A stretch of DNA of 64,000 nt from Paraspadella gotoi (GCA_051294375.1 JBJCIZ010000810.1:14887-78886); one strand, 5' to 3'; positions 25,701 through 38,655 are shown, numbered from the stretch's first letter. Numbers and translations are program-made. The notes: generated from the sequence alone by a model not told the origin.

Positions 25701-28155
25701 TAAATGGTAAGAACTTATCTTTGACATTGTTATCTCGGAAATAAAATTTAACGACACAGTTCCGCACGATATGTACAAGTTAACAGACATTGAGACACAT
25801 TGTATTTAGTATTTACCTTTGATCCTCCTTCGTCGCATTCTAATAAGATTGAAGCAGCGTTGGCGTGGAAGTTTTCTCGGCAATCACGTAAATTCGTGTG
25901 CTCAAGCCGCCAAATCATGCCTTTGAAGAATCTCTGGACTACCGAAGCATCTCGCCGGGGTTGAGGAGTTTCCTCAAATATTCTTCGAATATTCTCGGGG
26001 GCGTTTTAGGAGGAGGACGGACCGGCGGGTCCTAACAAAAACTGTCTGGCACTTGGTGGACGCGTATTAAAATTCATAATATAAAGAACCCCCTCCTCGA
26101 CCGAGCTGAAAGGAAGAAGACGTTGGGAGAGAAATCTTGCTGAAGACCGGGACCGCAGGCGCCCTAAAGTTTATAAGTTTCTTATCCACGTGGTCGTGGA
26201 GGCTTGATATTTAATGGGTAGCTTAATAAAATATCATTCTAATCCTAGTATAAAAAGAAACGTTATCATCATATTGACGTGACAAATATAGTGGTAAAAT
26301 TTTACTTTCGCCGAGCAGAGTTTTGGCGTCGGCGAAAGTAAAATTATGCAATATGGTTCATGATGTACGCCATTGGTAGAACAAATATTAAATTTTTTTT
26401 TTTAAATAGAAAAAAATCTTATTTTTTGGACAAGAACTTGAAACTGATATACGAAATTGAAACATATAGAATATAAAATTATTGATCCAAATTTCAATAT
26501 TTGACTCTCAACCGAGATATGCTCCCCGGCGGTGATTCACAAAGGTTCGTGCATTGGACAGACCGTCGTGTCTTAACAAATATTTTTAAAAATTAATTTT
26601 TTTAAAACAAATTTGTAAACGCTTATTCTTCGTGAAAAGCGTTTTTAATACTAAAAATAAAAGATAAACAATATTAATTAACCTTACAGCCGGCGGAGAA
26701 AAAAAAATAAATTTTTTTCTAACTCGATGGCCTGGCTTGGAACAGTATTCTAGAATTCAAATAAAGAACGATGTATTATTTGGTATATGAGACTCCTTCA
26801 CTAAAAAGCTTTTAAATCAGGGGGGCGTGGGAAGCATGGGGGAAAAATTCGATTTATTTTAAAAATTTAACTTAATAAAAGCAATTTCTAATTTGAAGAA
26901 AAAAATATTAAAAAAAAAAAACGGTGGGTGAAGGTGATTGTGGGAAATAATTTCCGATGGTTGACTGTTTACTAAGATATTGATTTTGAGACTACTGAAA
27001 AACACGAGTAAGTCGGTTTTAAAACGGAGGACCTGGATCCGCTCATTTAGATGATTAGCGTTGAAGAATAAAAATGCGATAAAATACGATTAAAATCGAA
27101 GGCGACGAAGAGCGAATAAAAATAGTCGCATTTTCTGTGAACGAGCTGCAATAAAAATAAATATAATTTCAAGATGAAAACGTCGGAAAATACGCCTTTG
27201 TTCCTGTGCAGATTTTGAAAGCTTCAGATCGCTGGACTATTCCATTATGTAAAATAATTAATGCCCGCTAAGTTACGTTCGTCTTCAGGGTTGCAAATTT
27301 AAAGCCTCCTCTTAGAAAGTTGTTTTAGGACTTTTTAATGCTGATAATTTTAACAAGTGAAATAGGCCTTAGCCGCTGGCCAAGGGACACTAAACTAATT
27401 TATATGTTTTGTGATAGTTTACTTTTGACCACAGCACTTAGACGAGGGACAGCTAAACTTGACAGTAAATTTCTTAAATGTAGTATTATGTTTTACTGGC
27501 CTTTGTTTCATGATCCAAGACTTTACCAATTTTCTTTGTTCCCGCAAAGGAAAGATACCTAGGACGCTAGATGGTTCAGATACGTTAATATCACACTTTT
27601 TAATGTTTATTTGTTGGGATCAGTGCAAATATTGTAAAAGTATAGCAACTCGATCACGGGACATTTTTGGAGTAGAGGCACCGGTTTTTAAAGTGCTCGC
27701 TAATATTGTAGTACCACGGGAACCATTTATTCATAGTCTTTTTTGCGAGTTGAGAAATGAGTCAACGATTGTCTGCTTAGAGTAGGGAAACTTAGTAATA
27801 TAATTTTTAAAAATATTCGCCTTGAGTAATCAATAAAGATGAGGAGCTGGTACGAGTAAATGGACGAAAAAAAGAAGGAATTTACAAGGAAAAAACGCTC
27901 GCGGGAGTTAATTCGTTTTAAATGGGCCTTTTGAATACTATTAAACGGTATTATGAGTGGATTTAATGTTGTTCCAGCAATTTTAGGATAACTGAAAAAG
28001 CTGTGCCACGTATCGAAAATGACCATTCGCTATTTTGCAAGTATTTAAAGCCGTCTACTTGGTTGCCAGAACTTTCGTCATGAATCAAAAATAAAGCCGG
28101 AAAAATTTCGCATGCTCTTCGAAGATGTTTTTTTTCTTCGCGAAGCGCATATCTA
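22760..28155. repeat. Left arm of a large inverted duplication; right arm is 29997-30570 + 33613-33881 + 61123-64000
   Basis: Reverse-complement blocks: 22770-22832/63893-63955, 25003-25351/63257-63647, 25755-26510/61855-62514, 26690-27160/61125-61530, 27165-27483/33613-33878, 27483-28155/29997-30570. Confidence 0.85.
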
Positions 28156-28599
28156 CCACTTCGTTCTGTACAATACACTATAATCTTAAAACACTTCTAA
28201 ATCTTCTTTAATGAAAACTTCATTCGTAATATGCTGTTAGCCAAAAGTACTAAGAAAACAAATAAATTTCCTCATCCAGAGTCACGTCTTCCTGTTTTCC
28301 CGTACCGCACTTGACACGTGACGATGTTGACGGGTTCCCGCTGGGAAAAACTCGAGATAGATGGAAAAGATAGCTAAATCGTGCGGCTTGTTTTCCTCCT
28401 TAATTTTCCGATAAGTAAATTTTGACGCTTTTAGCATGCTGAGACTGAGGGGCTTTTTAACGCAGATGAAGAAGAGTAGAAAATTATAATTTAATTGTTA
28501 ATCTAATTTGGTGTTGTATTATGAAGCTCGGGTGACAACCGAGTATCGCTTTCGTCCTAGTAGTCTTTTTTGTCGTCCGAGTTCTAATGGCTGATTAGG

Positions 28600-29355
28600 T
28601 AGGGTTGACGAGTAACCGTTAATTTAGAAAAATTTCAGGCTTACCGTTTTAAAACTAATATTCTTAACGGTTAACCTCGTTAAAATCGGTTTAATTTTAA
28701 TCAATTTAACTTTAAATTTAAAATATTATTATTAAATCAAACTAAAGTATTTAATGTATTTTATCTTAACCTTGCTCTTGAAGTCTTTTATCTTCTATGT
28801 GCAATAATACATGATTTTAGTTAGTAAATTTAAAAGATTATTACGAAACTAGTTTGAATCTACTATGATAATTTAGCTAATCAGATGAATGGCATCGTGA
28901 TCAAAGTGCTTACTTACAAAACTTTTTCTCTTTACCTCATAGCATAATAAAAATATAAGAATAAAGTGACAAAGATAGAGGAAAAACCACAATGTAATTG
29001 CTAATTCTTATGTTTTGTCTTTCTTGCTCTCTCGTTTCTCTTTTCTTTCGTTATATCTTTGCGATTGATTTTTCTTGATGTTTTAGTTTCTTGAACGGCT
29101 GGTTTTTTGTTTTTTATTTTTGTTCATAAGCCCATAAGGAGGGAATAAGAGAGGACAACGAATAATAATTACTTGTTCTTTTTAAGAAAAATTTCAAAGA
29201 TTTGCTGATACCAGAAGGTAAAAAAAAATGCGATATTGAAAAATAAGCCGAATTATGTAAGCGCTAAAATAGAATATAGTTAACGGTAGGGTTAAAATTA
29301 TTTTTAACCGTTAATAAACCGTCTCTAACTCGATTAAACGGTTATCGTAACCCTA
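28600..29355. mobile_element. hAT-like MITE
   Basis: TAGGGTTGACGAGTAACCGTT ... AACGGTTATCGTAACCCTA termini; noisy sequence, TSD not clean. Confidence 0.5.
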
Positions 29356-31974
29356 GGTATTAGTACTATGAGTGACAAAACGTGGCCTATCACCAGCCGC
29401 CTCCTTTTTTCATAACATTTTTACACGAGTGCTTAGTGTGGAACGTAAGAAATGTAAGTCGCATTTTGTGGCAATGTGGATAGGTTATTTTAAGGTATAG
29501 TTCTCACTTTTTTAAGGAATATGTTCTTTTCTCGCTCACACTTCCGGCTATAAAATTACAATTCTTCTGTGGACTTATGTGTTATGTAATCTTTGTGAGA
29601 ACTGTGTTTTTTTAATTACATGATAATGGTAGAATATAGAGATATTTGATTACAACTTCATTCGCTATTGCTTGCGTTAATAGATAGGTGAAAAGTGTAT
29701 TAATAGATAATATAGAGAAATACGCTAGAATCTGGAAAAAAGACAATAATCTCTTACCTTATTTNNNNNNNNNNNNNNNNNNNNNNNNNNNNNNNNNNNN
29801 NNNNNNNNNNNNNNNNNNNNNNNNNNNNNNNNNNNNNNNNNNNNNNNNNNNNNNNNNNNNNNNNTATCACGTTCTAAATATTTGTTTGCGGTCTATCTCT
29901 GTCTGTCTTTCTCTCTGTCTCTCTCTCTGTCTCTCTGTGTGTGTCTCTCTCTTTGTCTCTCTCTGTCTCTCTCTGTGTGTCTGTCTCTCTCTGTATAGAT
30001 ATGTCGCTTCGCGAAGAAAAAAAATTCGAGCGATCGAAATTTTTTCCGGCTTTTTTTGGTTCATGACGAAAGTTGCACCAGTAGCGCTTTAAATACTTGC
30101 AAAATACGAATAGTTTTCGATAGTGCAAGCTTTTTAGTATCTAAAATTGCCGGAACAACATAAATCCATAAATAGTATAATAGTATTCAAAGCCATTTAA
30201 AACGATTACTCCGCGAGCGGTTTTCCTTTAAATTCTTTTTTTTTCGTATTTTACTGTAAATACTAAGGAATATTATTAAATTTATTACAAGTTTCCTACT
30301 CTAAGACAATCGTTGAACTCTTTTCTAATGCAAAAAAGACTATAAATAATGGTCCTGGTACAATATTGAGCATTTCAAAACCGGTCCTCTACTCGAAAAT
30401 GTCCTTAATTGCTATATTTTACAATATTTGCACCTGACGCCAACAAATAAATTAAAAAGTTTTATTAGTATTTGATCCTCTAACATCCTAGGTATCTTCC
30501 TTTGCGGGAACAAAGAAAATCGGTAAAGGTCTTGATATGAAACAAAGCCAGTAAAACATAATACTGAATCTAGATTCAGATTTTCAAAAAACTTTAAAAT
30601 ATGATCAGAACCATATTTAATGGAAATTAGATACACAACCGGTCGGTCAATTATGCTCAAAAGGTTAGTAATAAAAATCGAGTGACTCGAATATGCAAAT
30701 GAGATTAATGCGTCATAGTAAGGTTGAATATAAGGCAAAAGAGAGCATAAACAAATTAATAATAACTATTTTTTAAAAAACAATTAAGAAATATGTTTTA
30801 ATTTGTTTTGATAGTTGTTTATGTGAATTCTGTATGATAAAAATATTTGAAAAAGCTAATTTATCTAATAACATTAACATAGCTATCAAATTTTTTCCAA
30901 TTTTTATTTTTATTCATTTTCATTATCAAATTGGTACAACAACTATTTCTTTTTAATTTGAGGAGAGTTTGAAATGGATTCAATAACGATTTATTTGAAA
31001 CAATAATAATAACGGACATGTTTCGCCTCTTTTTCAAGCGCTGATGAATCGTTGTTGAATCCATTTCAAACTCTTCTCTAAATCTCAACCACAACGAAAT
31101 GAAAGGATTATAATGTCTAAGAAAATATTTTTAAAAATATAGCTCTTTTAATAAGCTATCGATTGGTGCAAGAAAATTATATTATTACATATTATAAACA
31201 TTTTTAATAGGGAAAAGTCATTGATTCTTTTTGACAAAAACTAATTTCTTCTTTTTCTATTTTTGTACCAATCGACTTTGTCGTCCTATAACTTTCGAAC
31301 GCTTTACTCGATTTTATTGGGACTCAGACCAATTCATTTATCGTTCAGTAAGCTTTATTTTATATTTCTATACCTTTGTAAAATTCAGCCATCAAATACG
31401 GTTTTTTTCTATGTGAAAAAGTAGATTTTTTTTCGCCGTAGTGTACAAGATAATGACAGAGCAGAGAGAAAGATACATATTGAGCCAAAAGTAAAATTGC
31501 TGGATATAAGCTTTATAATAATTAAAAGTTGGAATTTGATAAAACTGACCCTTACCCATGACAAATGAAAGATTTACCCTCGCTTTTTTAATAACCTCTA
31601 AGTGGCTCCAAAATTAAAATTCTTAAATAATACTAATTTTTTTTACTCTCATTGAAAGATTTTGTAACCTTGCGTCAGACCAGTCTTTTCTTTCTCGTAG
31701 CCTTCTTTTAGCCAAAAACCTCTTCACTTGTCACTCGATCATAATCGTTTCAAGGGAAAAGATCGGCCATCTGGAACTGTAGTTTTTACGAAATCCAAGG
31801 ATTTTCTTTACAAATTTATTGTACGACACTTATTTCCCCATTTATTTACTTCTACAAGAATAAACTTATTCACGATTTATTTGTCATTTATATCTCTTTG
31901 AGATTTAGAAAACCTTGCTCCCTGTTACAGCCAGTTCAACCGACGGCCGACGCCTCGAACGCGTGACCCTCGTG

Positions 31975-32482
31975 TACTCGCCGTTCAACAAAAAAAAAAT
32001 TTTAAATTCCTCTTCTCGAAATTCCTCGTTTGATTCTTTAAAAAAATAGAATAAGACGCAGAGACAGATCACGCTTAAGTTGCTTCCCACGCTACTTATA
32101 ATCATTTTTACTTGATTTGATTCATAATCTTTTAGCTATAGTTGTTGTTTGGTACTCGGAGACCTAAGGTACTGTCTCCATGAGTGTCCAAGCGTGATCT
32201 GTCTCTGCGTCATAAAAAACAAAAACCTTTTTTCGCGAAAATGCCGCGAAGTCGATGGCAAAGTCGATGGCAAAGTCGATGGCAAAGTCGATGGCAAAAT
32301 CGCTGGCAAAGTCGCCGTCGAAGTCGCCAACGAAGTCACCGGCGAATTGGGCGCATTTCGGCGGCGTGGAGATTTTCCATTTTTTGTATCCAAATCTCCG
32401 GCGTTGTATGAGGCTGGACAGAGCTCCTGTCGCAGGACACTCAGCGAAGAACAATTTAAATTTTTTTTGTTGAACGGCGAGT
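31975..32482. repeat. Inverted-repeat element with internal 12-bp tandem repeat (GTCGATGGCAAA)
   Basis: ACTCGCCGTTCAACAAAA / TTTTGTTGAACGGCGAGT ends; inner inverted pair GACGCAGAGACAGATCACGCTT; 12-mers at 32250-32340. Confidence 0.6.
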
Positions 32483-32680
32483 CTACGAGACGGTTTACAT
32501 AGTTTTTACTCTGTTACTCTGAAGTTAATTGAAGAGAGCGCTGGAAAGGAAAGCATCTGAAGAATCCTTGCGATTAAATTATTTTAATATTATTCAACAT
32601 CGTTATTTCCTTTCGTTTCGTTGTGTTTGGATGATAGAAAGCGTTTTTAGATTGATCAAACAACGATTTTATTAGTATGA

Positions 32681-32725
32681 GACGGACATGTTTCGGCTTT
32701 AGTTGTACAAGCCTTCATCGGCGTC
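32681..32725 (-). ncRNA. Minimal type I hammerhead-like motif (Penelope-like-element type)
   Basis: Minus strand reads GACG-CCGATGA-A-GGCT(loop)AGCC-GAAA-CATG-TC-CGTC; core has C in place of U4. Confidence 0.45.
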
Positions 32726-32967
32726 AGAGATATTTGTGAACTTTTACATTCTGTTATTTATCAGTAGTTAATTGTTGAAATATTTATTTCACCTTTAGTT
32801 TAAACAATTTATCTTTGTTGAACATTACAAAAATGTATTGTTTTTCAAATATTCTCTCTCTCTCTCTCTCTCTCTCTTTCTGTCAATTTTTCACCATTTA
32901 GTTTCTTTTCACAATCTAGCTCATTCTGTCCTCACCTTAACTTGTCCTCACATCTGACCACTATTCT

Positions 32968-33004
<37 letters not shown>

Positions 33005-33046
33005 TTTCCTTTGCACAAACTTTTTTGAAAATTCACAAATATCTCT

Positions 33047-33091
33047 GACGCCGATGAAGGCTTGTACAACTAAAGCTGAAACATGTCCGTC
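33047..33091 (+). ncRNA. Minimal type I hammerhead-like motif, inverted copy
   Basis: GACG-CCGATGA-A-GGCT(loop)AGCT-GAAA-CATG-TC-CGTC; lies in an inverted pair 32630-32745 / 33030-33140. Confidence 0.45.
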
Positions 33092-33881
33092 TCATACTAA
33101 TAAAATCGTTGTTTGAACAATCTAAAAACGCTTTCTATCAATATTATTCAAGTAAACAGTACCAAAATGGTTTTGAGCAAAACAAAAAACTGATTGAACT
33201 GAATCTCTCTGTCTCAATGACTTTTTATCATTGCTTCACTGTCTTACTATCTTTAAGGATTAAGTTACAAGAAACAATCATTGCAATAGTATTTTCATGT
33301 GCTTTTTATTGCTTAATATTATTTTTTTATCCTATCTGCTGATCAAACTATACATACTAGCGTTTTAATTTGATTTTATAACATTTATTTAAATTTTTAT
33401 ATTAGATTAATATGTTTTTATTAAATTAAAATTTTACTGTGAAACGTTAATCCCATTTGCATAATGGAGTAACCCGATTTTTATTACGAACCTTTTGGCT
33501 TTGTAGACAAAAAATCGTTCTATCTCAAATCTCTTATTTTGGTACCAAGGTAATATTCCCAAGGTTTTGTAAAGATATTCCAACCCGTCCCATAGGAAGC
33601 TTGCCAGACTAACTACATTTAAGAATTTATGTCAAGTTTCACTGTCCCTCGTCTAGCTCTGGTACTAAAAAGAGAACTTGTCACAATACATATATTTAGT
33701 TTAGTGTCTTGCCAAGCGGCTAAAAAGTCCTAAACCAACTTTTAGAGGAGGCTTTAATTTGCACCTGAAGACGACGTTAACTTACCATTTTTATTTTACA
33801 TATGGATAGTCCACGATCTGAGCTTTACAAATCTGCCGGAACAAAGGCGTAGTTTTCACGTTTTCATCTTGAAATTATTTT

Positions 33882-34454
33882 AGAGATATATGTTTACACC
33901 TTCTAGCCATCAGTGATAAGGATAAGCGAAGCGAACTTGAGTGTTTTAATCGGAATCCTGTGATTAAATCTGTTTTTAATCTGAATCTTGTGATTAAATC
34001 GACGGAGATACTTGAGAATAAAGATTTCGATTGTTTGTATTACTGTTTTTTGCTGAACTAGTAGAGATGCTCAATAATAGATAACTATGAGGAAATAAAA
34101 GTTGGCGATTGGTAAACAAACAGTCTCTAACCGAGTCTCGCCGATTGTCGACTTTAGAATGGCTTCTGGAAGAGGAGGGGAAGAAGAAGAAGGCAGGTTC
34201 AGTCCCTTGTTGATAGACCTCACGGAGGAGGATGAAGATGATACTCACCCCCCCATCCTCCCCCTCTCCTCCTTCACCCCCTCCTCCCACCTCATGGATA
34301 GAAAATGGGGGAGAGGAGGGGAGGAGGAGAGGGGTGGAGGAGTTGGGGGGTGGATGGATGGAAAATGGGGGTTACTCATCCTCGGAAATCGAGTTAAGAG
34401 AAGTCGGGGGGGCCTTTCTCGATTCTCCGAGGCTTCCCGAGTCAACTCGGAAGA
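33882..34454 (+). repeat. Left TIR of the Maverick (~570 bp)
   Basis: Reverse complement of 60552-61122; starts AGAGATATATGTTTACACC. Confidence 0.9.
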
Positions 34455-35106
34455 CCTCCTTAGTGTCGTTGTCGTTGTCGGTCTCGTCGTCGTCGTTTGT
34501 CTCGGCGTCGTCGTCGTCGTCCGTCTCGGCGTCGTTGTCGTCGCCGTGAGGGATAAGTGTCGAGATCTGATAAGAGAGAGAGAAGAGAGAAAAAAAAATT
34601 CGAGGCGAAAAAAAAACATTCAAGGCGAAAAAAAACCATTCGAGGCGAAAAAAAATAAACTTACAACAAGAGACGAAAGCGTTCCATGGCGGCGCGCGTA
34701 AAGCGCCAGCATTGGTCGCGGACGAACGCTGTCAGAAACAAGAGAGAAAGAGACGACTAGTTAGTGTTTCCGTTGCCATGACCCAATTCTTCTTGAAAAG
34801 CTTACTTTCTGTTTTTCCTTCTGTTTACGCAATTCTGGAAGAGAGAGAGAAAGAAAGGAATTAGTATAAATGTTAATATTTTTTGTGTTATCCCAATATA
34901 CACTGTAAATACACTAACATTACACTGTTCCGATTCCCCTAAAACGGGGCCTTCTTGAAGTTTGAGGTTGTTGCTATTGGTCAATTTGACCAAAAAAAAA
35001 AAACTATAAAAAGTTTCTTTTTTTTTTAATTCTAAAAATTAAAAAAACGCCAATAAGTATAAATATCAGAAAAAAAATCCAAAAAAATATTAATTCTATG
35101 TCTATC

Positions 35107-35680
35107 ATGGATTTATCCCAAAAACCATCACACTGTTTAAACAACGTTTCAAGATTCCCACATATGTATTTTTTTTAGTGGAAAAACGACTTTAATTCTA
35201 CGGCTTTTGCGCAACATATCAAGCGTCTGTTCTACCCCAGTTAACAAAATAACATATTTTTATGAACGGTTCAATCCAGAATTCGACAAGGCTAAAGAGG
35301 AAATTCCAAATATTGAATTTCGTCAAGGGGCGGATGAATCCTACTTCTCCGATAATGTAGAAGATGAAATACCCACCGATGGTCAAGAGGGGTTACCTCA
35401 TAATATCATCGTATTAGATGACAATCTGAAATCGTATTCAAAAAATTGGTTGATGATAGCCTTTTCGGTGATGATTCATCATAAAAAAAGTCTATCATAG
35501 CCGTCTCTCACAAGATTTTTTCACAGACAAATAAAGAATTACGTTTTATCCAAGGTCAGTGCTCATATTTAATCTTATGTAATTTGAGGAGGGATCGCTC
35601 ATCTCTCATTCACCTCGGCAGACAATTGGAGCCAAGATGTCCCTTAAGTTTACTGGAAATATTTGATGACATTAATTAAT
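35107..35680 (+). pseudogene. A32/FtsK-like genome packaging ATPase (frameshifted)
   Basis: SGKTTLILRLL (Walker A, first Gly missing), NIIVLDD (Walker B), FSVMIHHK, then after a frameshift LRFIQGQCSYLILCNLRRDRSSLIHLGRQLEP. Confidence 0.85.
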
Positions 35681-35719
35681 ATTCACAATTTATTTCACTC
35701 AAGTTTATTTTGTTAAAAA

Positions 35720-36058
35720 ATGAATTCTTCCCTAGCCGTGAAAAGATTCAAAGAAAATCTTCCGTTCTTGAATCAAATCAAAAAATTAACCGCTTCTCAA
35801 CAAAGAAAAGATTTTCTTCTCACCCTCAGCGACATTTGTTTAAACATATTAAAAGAAAACATAAAATTAAAACTGTCACAAATAGAAAAACTAAGAAAGT
35901 TTAAACACATTTTACACGGATTATCTTTAAAGAGAACCTCTTTGAAGCAAAGAAAGAAATTCGTTCAGAAAGGTGGGTTTCTCTCAACTGTTCTTTCCTT
36001 TTTACCATTGGCTGCTATGTTAATTAACCAAATAGTTCAATCTACCAAAAAAAAGTAA
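35720..36058 (+). CDS. Conserved Maverick small basic protein with QKGG|FL motif and C-terminal amphipathic helix
   Basis: ICLNILKENIKL...KLRKFK..L..L...SLKQRKKFVQKGGFLSTVLSFLP is the pattern of the ORF that follows the ATPase in animal Mavericks. Confidence 0.75.
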   Translation: MNSSLAVKRFKENLPFLNQIKKLTASQQRKDFLLTLSDICLNILKENIKLKLSQIEKLRKFKHILHGLSLKRTSLKQRKKFVQKGGFLSTVLSFLPLAAMLINQIVQSTKKK

Positions 36059-36063
36059 TAATA

Positions 36064-36780
36064 ATGACTCAAAGAAAACAACCCTTAAGATTCAGCGAAA
36101 AGATGTTTCTTATTTCAGAAAGAGATCTTAATAATTATGGATTGGATAAAAATAAACAGGAGATTAAAAAAAAATATTTACCTGATGATATAAAAGTTCG
36201 CACATTGAACGACGAGTTTATTCGTTCCAAGGCCCACGAAGAAGTTTTAGAAGCCCAGAATTTGGCCCATCTGCAATCAAAGGTACAACCAATTTTACAA
36301 TCTTTGTCATCTTTCGGTTCTCCCGATTTAAATTCACAGCTGACAAACTCGTTACAATTCATCCCTAATGTAAAGATCGAAAACAATCAGGTTTTTCTCG
36401 ATGATAACTCGCTGGGGACTTTGTCAGATATCTTATCTGATTTAAAAGCAAACAATATTTCTAACAACCCTTTTAAAATTCAATCTCGTTTGTACAAATT
36501 GATCGAAAACAATTTAGCAAAGGAAAAAGAACAAAAAAAGAGAAAACGAATCAAACTTACCGACGATAATGAAGATGACGACGAATTAGAAAAGGAGATT
36601 GTTGCGCAGGTAGGTCGCCCTAGAGGCCGACCACCCAAGAAAAAGGTTTCTCCCGGTAAGGCCAAAGTTCCCGTGAGGTCTACGACAAGGACAAGGCCCT
36701 CCACTCGTTCTTCTTCTAATAAAGTTGCAAGCAATCCGCCCCTGCGAGATGTCGGCGGCGTCAAATGGTTCGGAGTCTGA
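36064..36780 (+). CDS. Maverick pre-integrase ORF, 238 aa, with AT-hook-like GRPRGRP and basic tail
   Basis: Open frame; N-terminal KMFLIS and terminal W; position between the QKGG protein and the integrase. Confidence 0.7.
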   Translation: MTQRKQPLRFSEKMFLISERDLNNYGLDKNKQEIKKKYLPDDIKVRTLNDEFIRSKAHEEVLEAQNLAHLQSKVQPILQSLSSFGSPDLNSQLTNSLQFIPNVKIENNQVFLDDNSLGTLSDILSDLKANNISNNPFKIQSRLYKLIENNLAKEKEQKKRKRIKLTDDNEDDDELEKEIVAQVGRPRGRPPKKKVSPGKAKVPVRSTTRTRPSTRSSSNKVASNPPLRDVGGVKWFGV

Positions 36781-36789
36781 AAAAAAAGA

Positions 36790-37679
36790 AAATGATATAT
36801 TGCGTAAAGCATATTATCAAATGCCCGCGATAAGCGCTCTCGCTTCCGAAACTGAGTTTTTAAAATGGGCTAAACGATTAAAGTCAGAAAATATCCCACA
36901 AACAAAAGCAAAAGACTTTTTAGAGGCTCAAAAAACGGCGGTGGCTTACAAACAGATTAGGAGACCAAAACGTTACTATAGAAACATACCCAGAATGAAA
37001 GTAAATTCTAATTGGTTAGTTGACCCCGCCGATTTGGTCGAATTAAAAAAATTTTCTGTTTATAGATTCGCATTCTGCGTCATTGACAATTTTAGTAAAT
37101 TATCTTTTGTGACCTTGTTAAAGAAAAAAACCACTTCACTGGAATGACAGACCGACGAAGATCTTAACCGGACTTTCACCGTCCCAAGTTCACTGGAATC
37201 CTGATAAATACGAAAAAAGAGTTAGGGAAAATTATTTGCTTCGGTCTAGAATACACAAAGAGAGAATAAGAAAATATTATAAAACAAAAGAAAAACTTAA
37301 TGTGGGAGATTCTGTGCTTTTGGCTAAACCCAAAACATTACTGAGTCCCAGAGGTTATCATTCTCCTTTCGACGCTTCCCAGATTTTTAAAATAAAATCA
37401 AAATTAAACTCGACGCCGCCCACCTTTAAATTGGTCAACTCAGAAGGGAAAGATCATAAAGGCGTTTTTTACCGATACAGTTTGGCTAAAATAAATCCAA
37501 CTAATTCTTCCGACTTTTATTCATTAAAATCCGTGAGAAAAAGAAAAAGTGGAGAAAAACAATTTCTAGTTTCAAAACTGGGTGAAACCAAATCAAACTG
37601 GATCGACGAAAAAACCTTTAAACAATTAAAAAATGATGAAAAGGGATTTTATGGTCAGGCTGTGGAGCTCGGACAGTAA
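36790..37679 (+). pseudogene. Maverick retroviral-like (rve) integrase with central deletion and chromo-like C-terminus
   Basis: LRKAYY...DFLEAQ...KQIRR...WLVDPADL...CVIDNFSK...LKKK, then an out-of-frame jump at ~37135 to WNDRPTKILTGLSP, VGDSVLL, PPTFKL, GVFY and KQFLVS..NWI. Confidence 0.88.
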
Positions 37680-38655
37680 ACAATATTTCCCATCTAATTC
37701 CTCATCAAATTTTACGAATAAGCTGCCAGAAAGTATCATCATACCTCCAGAGATCCTTTATTGAGGTTGGGGTCTCTGAGTTATCTTACGTGGATGACTT
37801 TGAGAACATCGTTCCTGGAAGAAAAAATGTCGTAAGGGTAATACAATTTATTTCTTAAAGAAATACAAACAAGTTCTTTAATTAATATTTTTCTATTTTT
37901 AGGTTTTTGACTGGTTAGTCGAAATGCCAGTTGGTCATCCAAAAAATCCCTATCCTACAACTGTCTGGGGAGATTTTTATGAACTCAGCATATAGAAGGG
38001 AAAATACGACGGTTTTTTAATATGCAGAACTTTGAATAAGTTTATACAAGAAAATGTACCCAGACTTCAAGATGATGATGTGTTTTCATTCAATCAAGAT
38101 GAAGGTTATATAGAATATAAAACTGAAAATAAGTGGTTAACTATAGAAATCGAAGGTGAAATTTTATACATAAATGGGATTGTGGAATTCAAAGGACTCT
38201 GGATTAGTTACGATAGGAAAAAGCAAATCGTCGTTTCAATATTCATATCCCTTGTTGAACCAAGATGGGAGCCCTCAGTTGGACGCCGACGGGAATCCTA
38301 GGGTCGAAACGAGATTTTTTAGCAACGACAGAACGATGAAAAGTCTGGACGAGACAAATAGTCACTTTTATACCCCATCCAATTATATTTAGAAGATCTC
38401 GCTTTGATATATACTTCAATTTTTTCTGTTGGCCTAATGGGAATTCTATGTAAATACAATAAAAGTTCAAAGAACTAATGGGAGAGTTATGCAAGATTTT
38501 CACAATATTCAATATTTTCCACTGGCTAAAAATTATATCGATTTTATTGATATAAGTTTAAAGAATATAAACGGAGACTCCCTGTATTTTACCGAGAAAT
38601 CTGCGAAACAGCCTGTATTCATCACTCTACATTTTCGCCCAGCAAGGAGTATAAG
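37633..38655 (+). pseudogene. Minor capsid protein (penton), intron-containing, frameshifted
   Basis: FMVRLWSSDSKQYFPSNSSSNFTNKLP...EVGVSELSY...FENI at the N-terminus; QYFPL...IDISL...G...F...VFITLHFR at the C-terminus; intron 37832(or 37838)-37902. Confidence 0.85.

Noticed and set aside
29867-30128. ER/RQ-rich ORFs (also 39974-40225 and 40523-40753)
   Set aside because: Translations of (TC)n microsatellites.
35166-35178. Possible GT...AG intron in the ATPase Walker A region
   Set aside because: Only 13 nt; better explained by a homopolymer error or small deletion.
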